A stretch of DNA of 64,000 nt. Origin: Epiperipatus broadwayi (taxonomy: Eukaryota; Animalia; Onychophora). Below are positions 61,546 to 64,000 of this stretch, piece after piece. The stretch lies in contig JAQFVV010000006.1 in NCBI GenBank assembly GCA_028023455.1, positions 17,980,001 to 18,044,000 on the forward strand, in the 5' to 3' direction. Under the pieces are notes generated by a model. That model saw only the letters and a program-made list of their open reading frames with translations, did not search any database and was not told where the DNA came from. The stretch's first letter is position 1, and every line of letters starts with the position of its first letter. The position numbers were made by a program, and so were the translations under genes.

Positions 61546-61779
61546 TTTTAAAATAATTAATACATAATTAATATAAGTATTTATTTACATAAAATATAAA
61601 TCTACAAGCTGTACTCATGGCTTTGCTTGCATTATTAGATTCAAAGAATGCAATGTAGTTAATGATATGATTAAATGTATAAACTATTTTTTCCTTTAAT
61701 TTATTAAACCAGTAACAAAAGTTACATGTATATTATTTCTATTATACATGCAGTACACATACAAGCAGCAAAAAGTTTT

Positions 61780-62420
61780 AACCATTATCAATCCCTGCCG
61801 AATGAAGGTCTCTCCAAGATTAATCCTCTTTTGAGATCTCTAGACTTACTTTTACACATCACTCAGCACATTTCCTTATGTCATCCAATGATTTCACATG
61901 TGGTCTCTTTCTACAATCTCTTGTAATTTAGTTTAAGATTTTAACTATCCTGTTCTTATAATCTCTTTTGGCAATATGTTATGTCCACCTCCAGTTCAGT
62001 CTTTTGATTCTTTCAATAATGTCAGAATCATCTGTTTGATCTTTTACTATGTATTTCAGTTTCAATTTTATCTTTATATTTCTAACATACGTCTTTCCAT
62101 ATTCTAGTGAATAGTCTGAGGTCTTTTTATTGTTCTATTGTCAAGTGTTCAAATCTCAGATCTGTGAATAAGAATTGGAAAACACACTTATTAAAATCTT
62201 TCCTTTTCAATCATATAGACATATTTCCTTTTGATATTATTTCTACCTAAAGCATTCCATCCAAGTTTAATTATTTTCATTCATTATGTTCTATCTGTAT
62301 TAATATTCTGACAAAATATTTGTACTATTTCACTTCTTATAACTCATTACTATCTATCTTTATCTTCTTCTTTTGGCAAAATCCATTAAACATTATTTTA
62401 GTTATTTTAACATTTATCTT
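61780..62420 (-). mobile_element. Older RTE 3' fragment
   Basis: Homologous to 61180-61545 and 42330-42990 (GAAGGTCTCTCCAAG, CCAGTTCAGTCTTT, CATTCCATCCAAG). Confidence 0.75.
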
Positions 62421-64000
62421 TAGTTCTAATAAAATAGACTACAAGAAAGAATTTCTTACTAAATGAAAAAAGATTCTTTAATTCCTTTTAGAGGAAACAG
62501 AGCATGATAAATTCTAATGTCCATTCAATATATTTTTTTTATTTATAGATGCGTGTGTCTTATGTAAATGAATGTGAATGAACTGTTTACCAATGTATAT
62601 CAGCCAGTGTGAGAGTTTATTGTGTTTACATATCTGAATTTAAGATTGACCTTCTTTTCAGTTAACTGATACTTTTCAATTGAAATACCTGTCGAGTTTT
62701 TTTTTTTAAGGTAAAACGAATATGTGTGTGAATGTTTTTTCAAATATAGATTGACAATCATGGAAGACAAAACTAAATTATAGTTCTTATTCATAAGAGG
62801 CTGTAAAAACATCAGTGAAGATAACAGTTGATAAAATGGGAATTCCCTTTGATGGTCTCAGGTTATCATTCAAAAGTGACCTTTAACTCAAGCATTTATA
62901 GTGCAGATCACTTTCGAATAAAGGAATATCACAGCAACTGTAATAGAAATTGTTGGATTTTGTGAATTTAAAAGATAAGATGAAGAGAATTTTGGTTTGA
63001 AAGTGGACATAGAGAATTTTTATATGAATATACCAAATGCTTTTGATAAGTCCAAGCAATATTTTAAAATTGTAACATGAAATTTAATCAAAAATGCTAT
63101 TGATAATGGTGAGAGAAATGAGAGAGAACACAGACTTGTGAGTTTTTAGAAAGAAAAAAACATATTTTGTTTGTCTTTAAGAAAAATACTAATTATATAT
63201 GAGCACGGAATCATTCAAATAAAGACATTGCATCTATTTTGAATAAAAAATATGTATTTCAAGATTGCAATATTCTTAATAAATTCAACACAGGAAATGA
63301 GTACCAATTAGGTAGATGTAATATATGTGTTAATGCAAAACTATAAAGACAAAAGCTTAAGAAAGGCAGCATTACAGTTGATATTCCTAATCTCGACACT
63401 TCTATGAATTTAAATTAAAATGATATGCAAAATTTTAACAGAATTTGAAAATGGTTTAGACTAAACTGATATCAATTTGGAGGTAACTGAGGATCTGCTC
63501 TACTAAGAACTGCGACAAAGATAACTCTTATAAAAAGGCAGCATTTCAACAGTAAATTTCCAATTGATTCCAAGACCATATACAAACAAAGATACTTTAG
63601 TAGTAGAACTGCAACATGGATCATGTATTAGATTTACTGTGCCTGTTCACATTCATATCAGTTTGCTAATAATTTTATAATCTTGTGATCTGACCAAAAT
63701 AACGTACACAGGATCTTGTACACAATGACTTTTTTTAGCAAAAAAAGAATGTGTATTTTGTACATGATATTTTGGCAAGAATTACAAAGTTATTGGGAGG
63801 TTGATATGAATGTGAACAGGTGCAGTAAGTCTAATACATGCTCCATGTTGCAGAACTAAAAATAAGTAAAAGTAAAAAAATAGTAAAACATAATAAATAT
63901 ATAGATCATTTTCAATAACAAATGCTATTCAAATATCTACGACTTTTAACATGAACAAATTTCCAAAATAAATATGTGGCTTTCACAAATATGCACAACT

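Noticed and set aside
148-62812. Most ORFs in the supplied six-frame track
   Set aside because: Short, compositionally biased (I/L/F/Y/K-rich) frames expected in AT-rich DNA; the meaningful ones are transposon fragments or their antisense mirrors
1-64000. CRISPR array, rRNA or prokaryotic operon
   Set aside because: No regularly spaced short direct repeats with unique spacers, no rRNA-like sequence, no gene-dense coding; sequence is eukaryotic repeat-rich DNA

Overview
Very AT-rich, CpG-poor eukaryotic (probably invertebrate animal) genomic DNA with no long intact ORF. Most of it is intron/intergenic sequence filled with decayed transposons: RTE-clade LINE fragments, hAT transposase remnants and a hAT MITE, tRNA-like SINEs, and many Penelope-like element (PLE) pieces. 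The main signal is RNA-level. The window holds about 20 hammerhead ribozyme (HHR) motifs, some degenerate, from at least six unrelated repeat families. All are type I with very short, mostly palindromic stem III. The commonest is a non-coding ~440-455 bp family (family A, about 12 copies). Its youngest insertion (48833-49584, 12-bp TSD) is a head-to-tail repeat with two HHRs 455 nt apart, i.e. retrozyme architecture able in principle to release a ~455-nt circularisable RNA. Other HHRs lie in the 3' UTRs of Penelope GIY-YIG ends that are inserted as long palindromes, and some carry the compensatory U3-A8 core variant. Two CpG-richer promoter-like patches (~23.3 kb and ~30.5-31.2 kb) and a few short candidate exons hint at host genes, none of which could be identified. 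All folds and alignments were done by eye and need computational and experimental confirmation.
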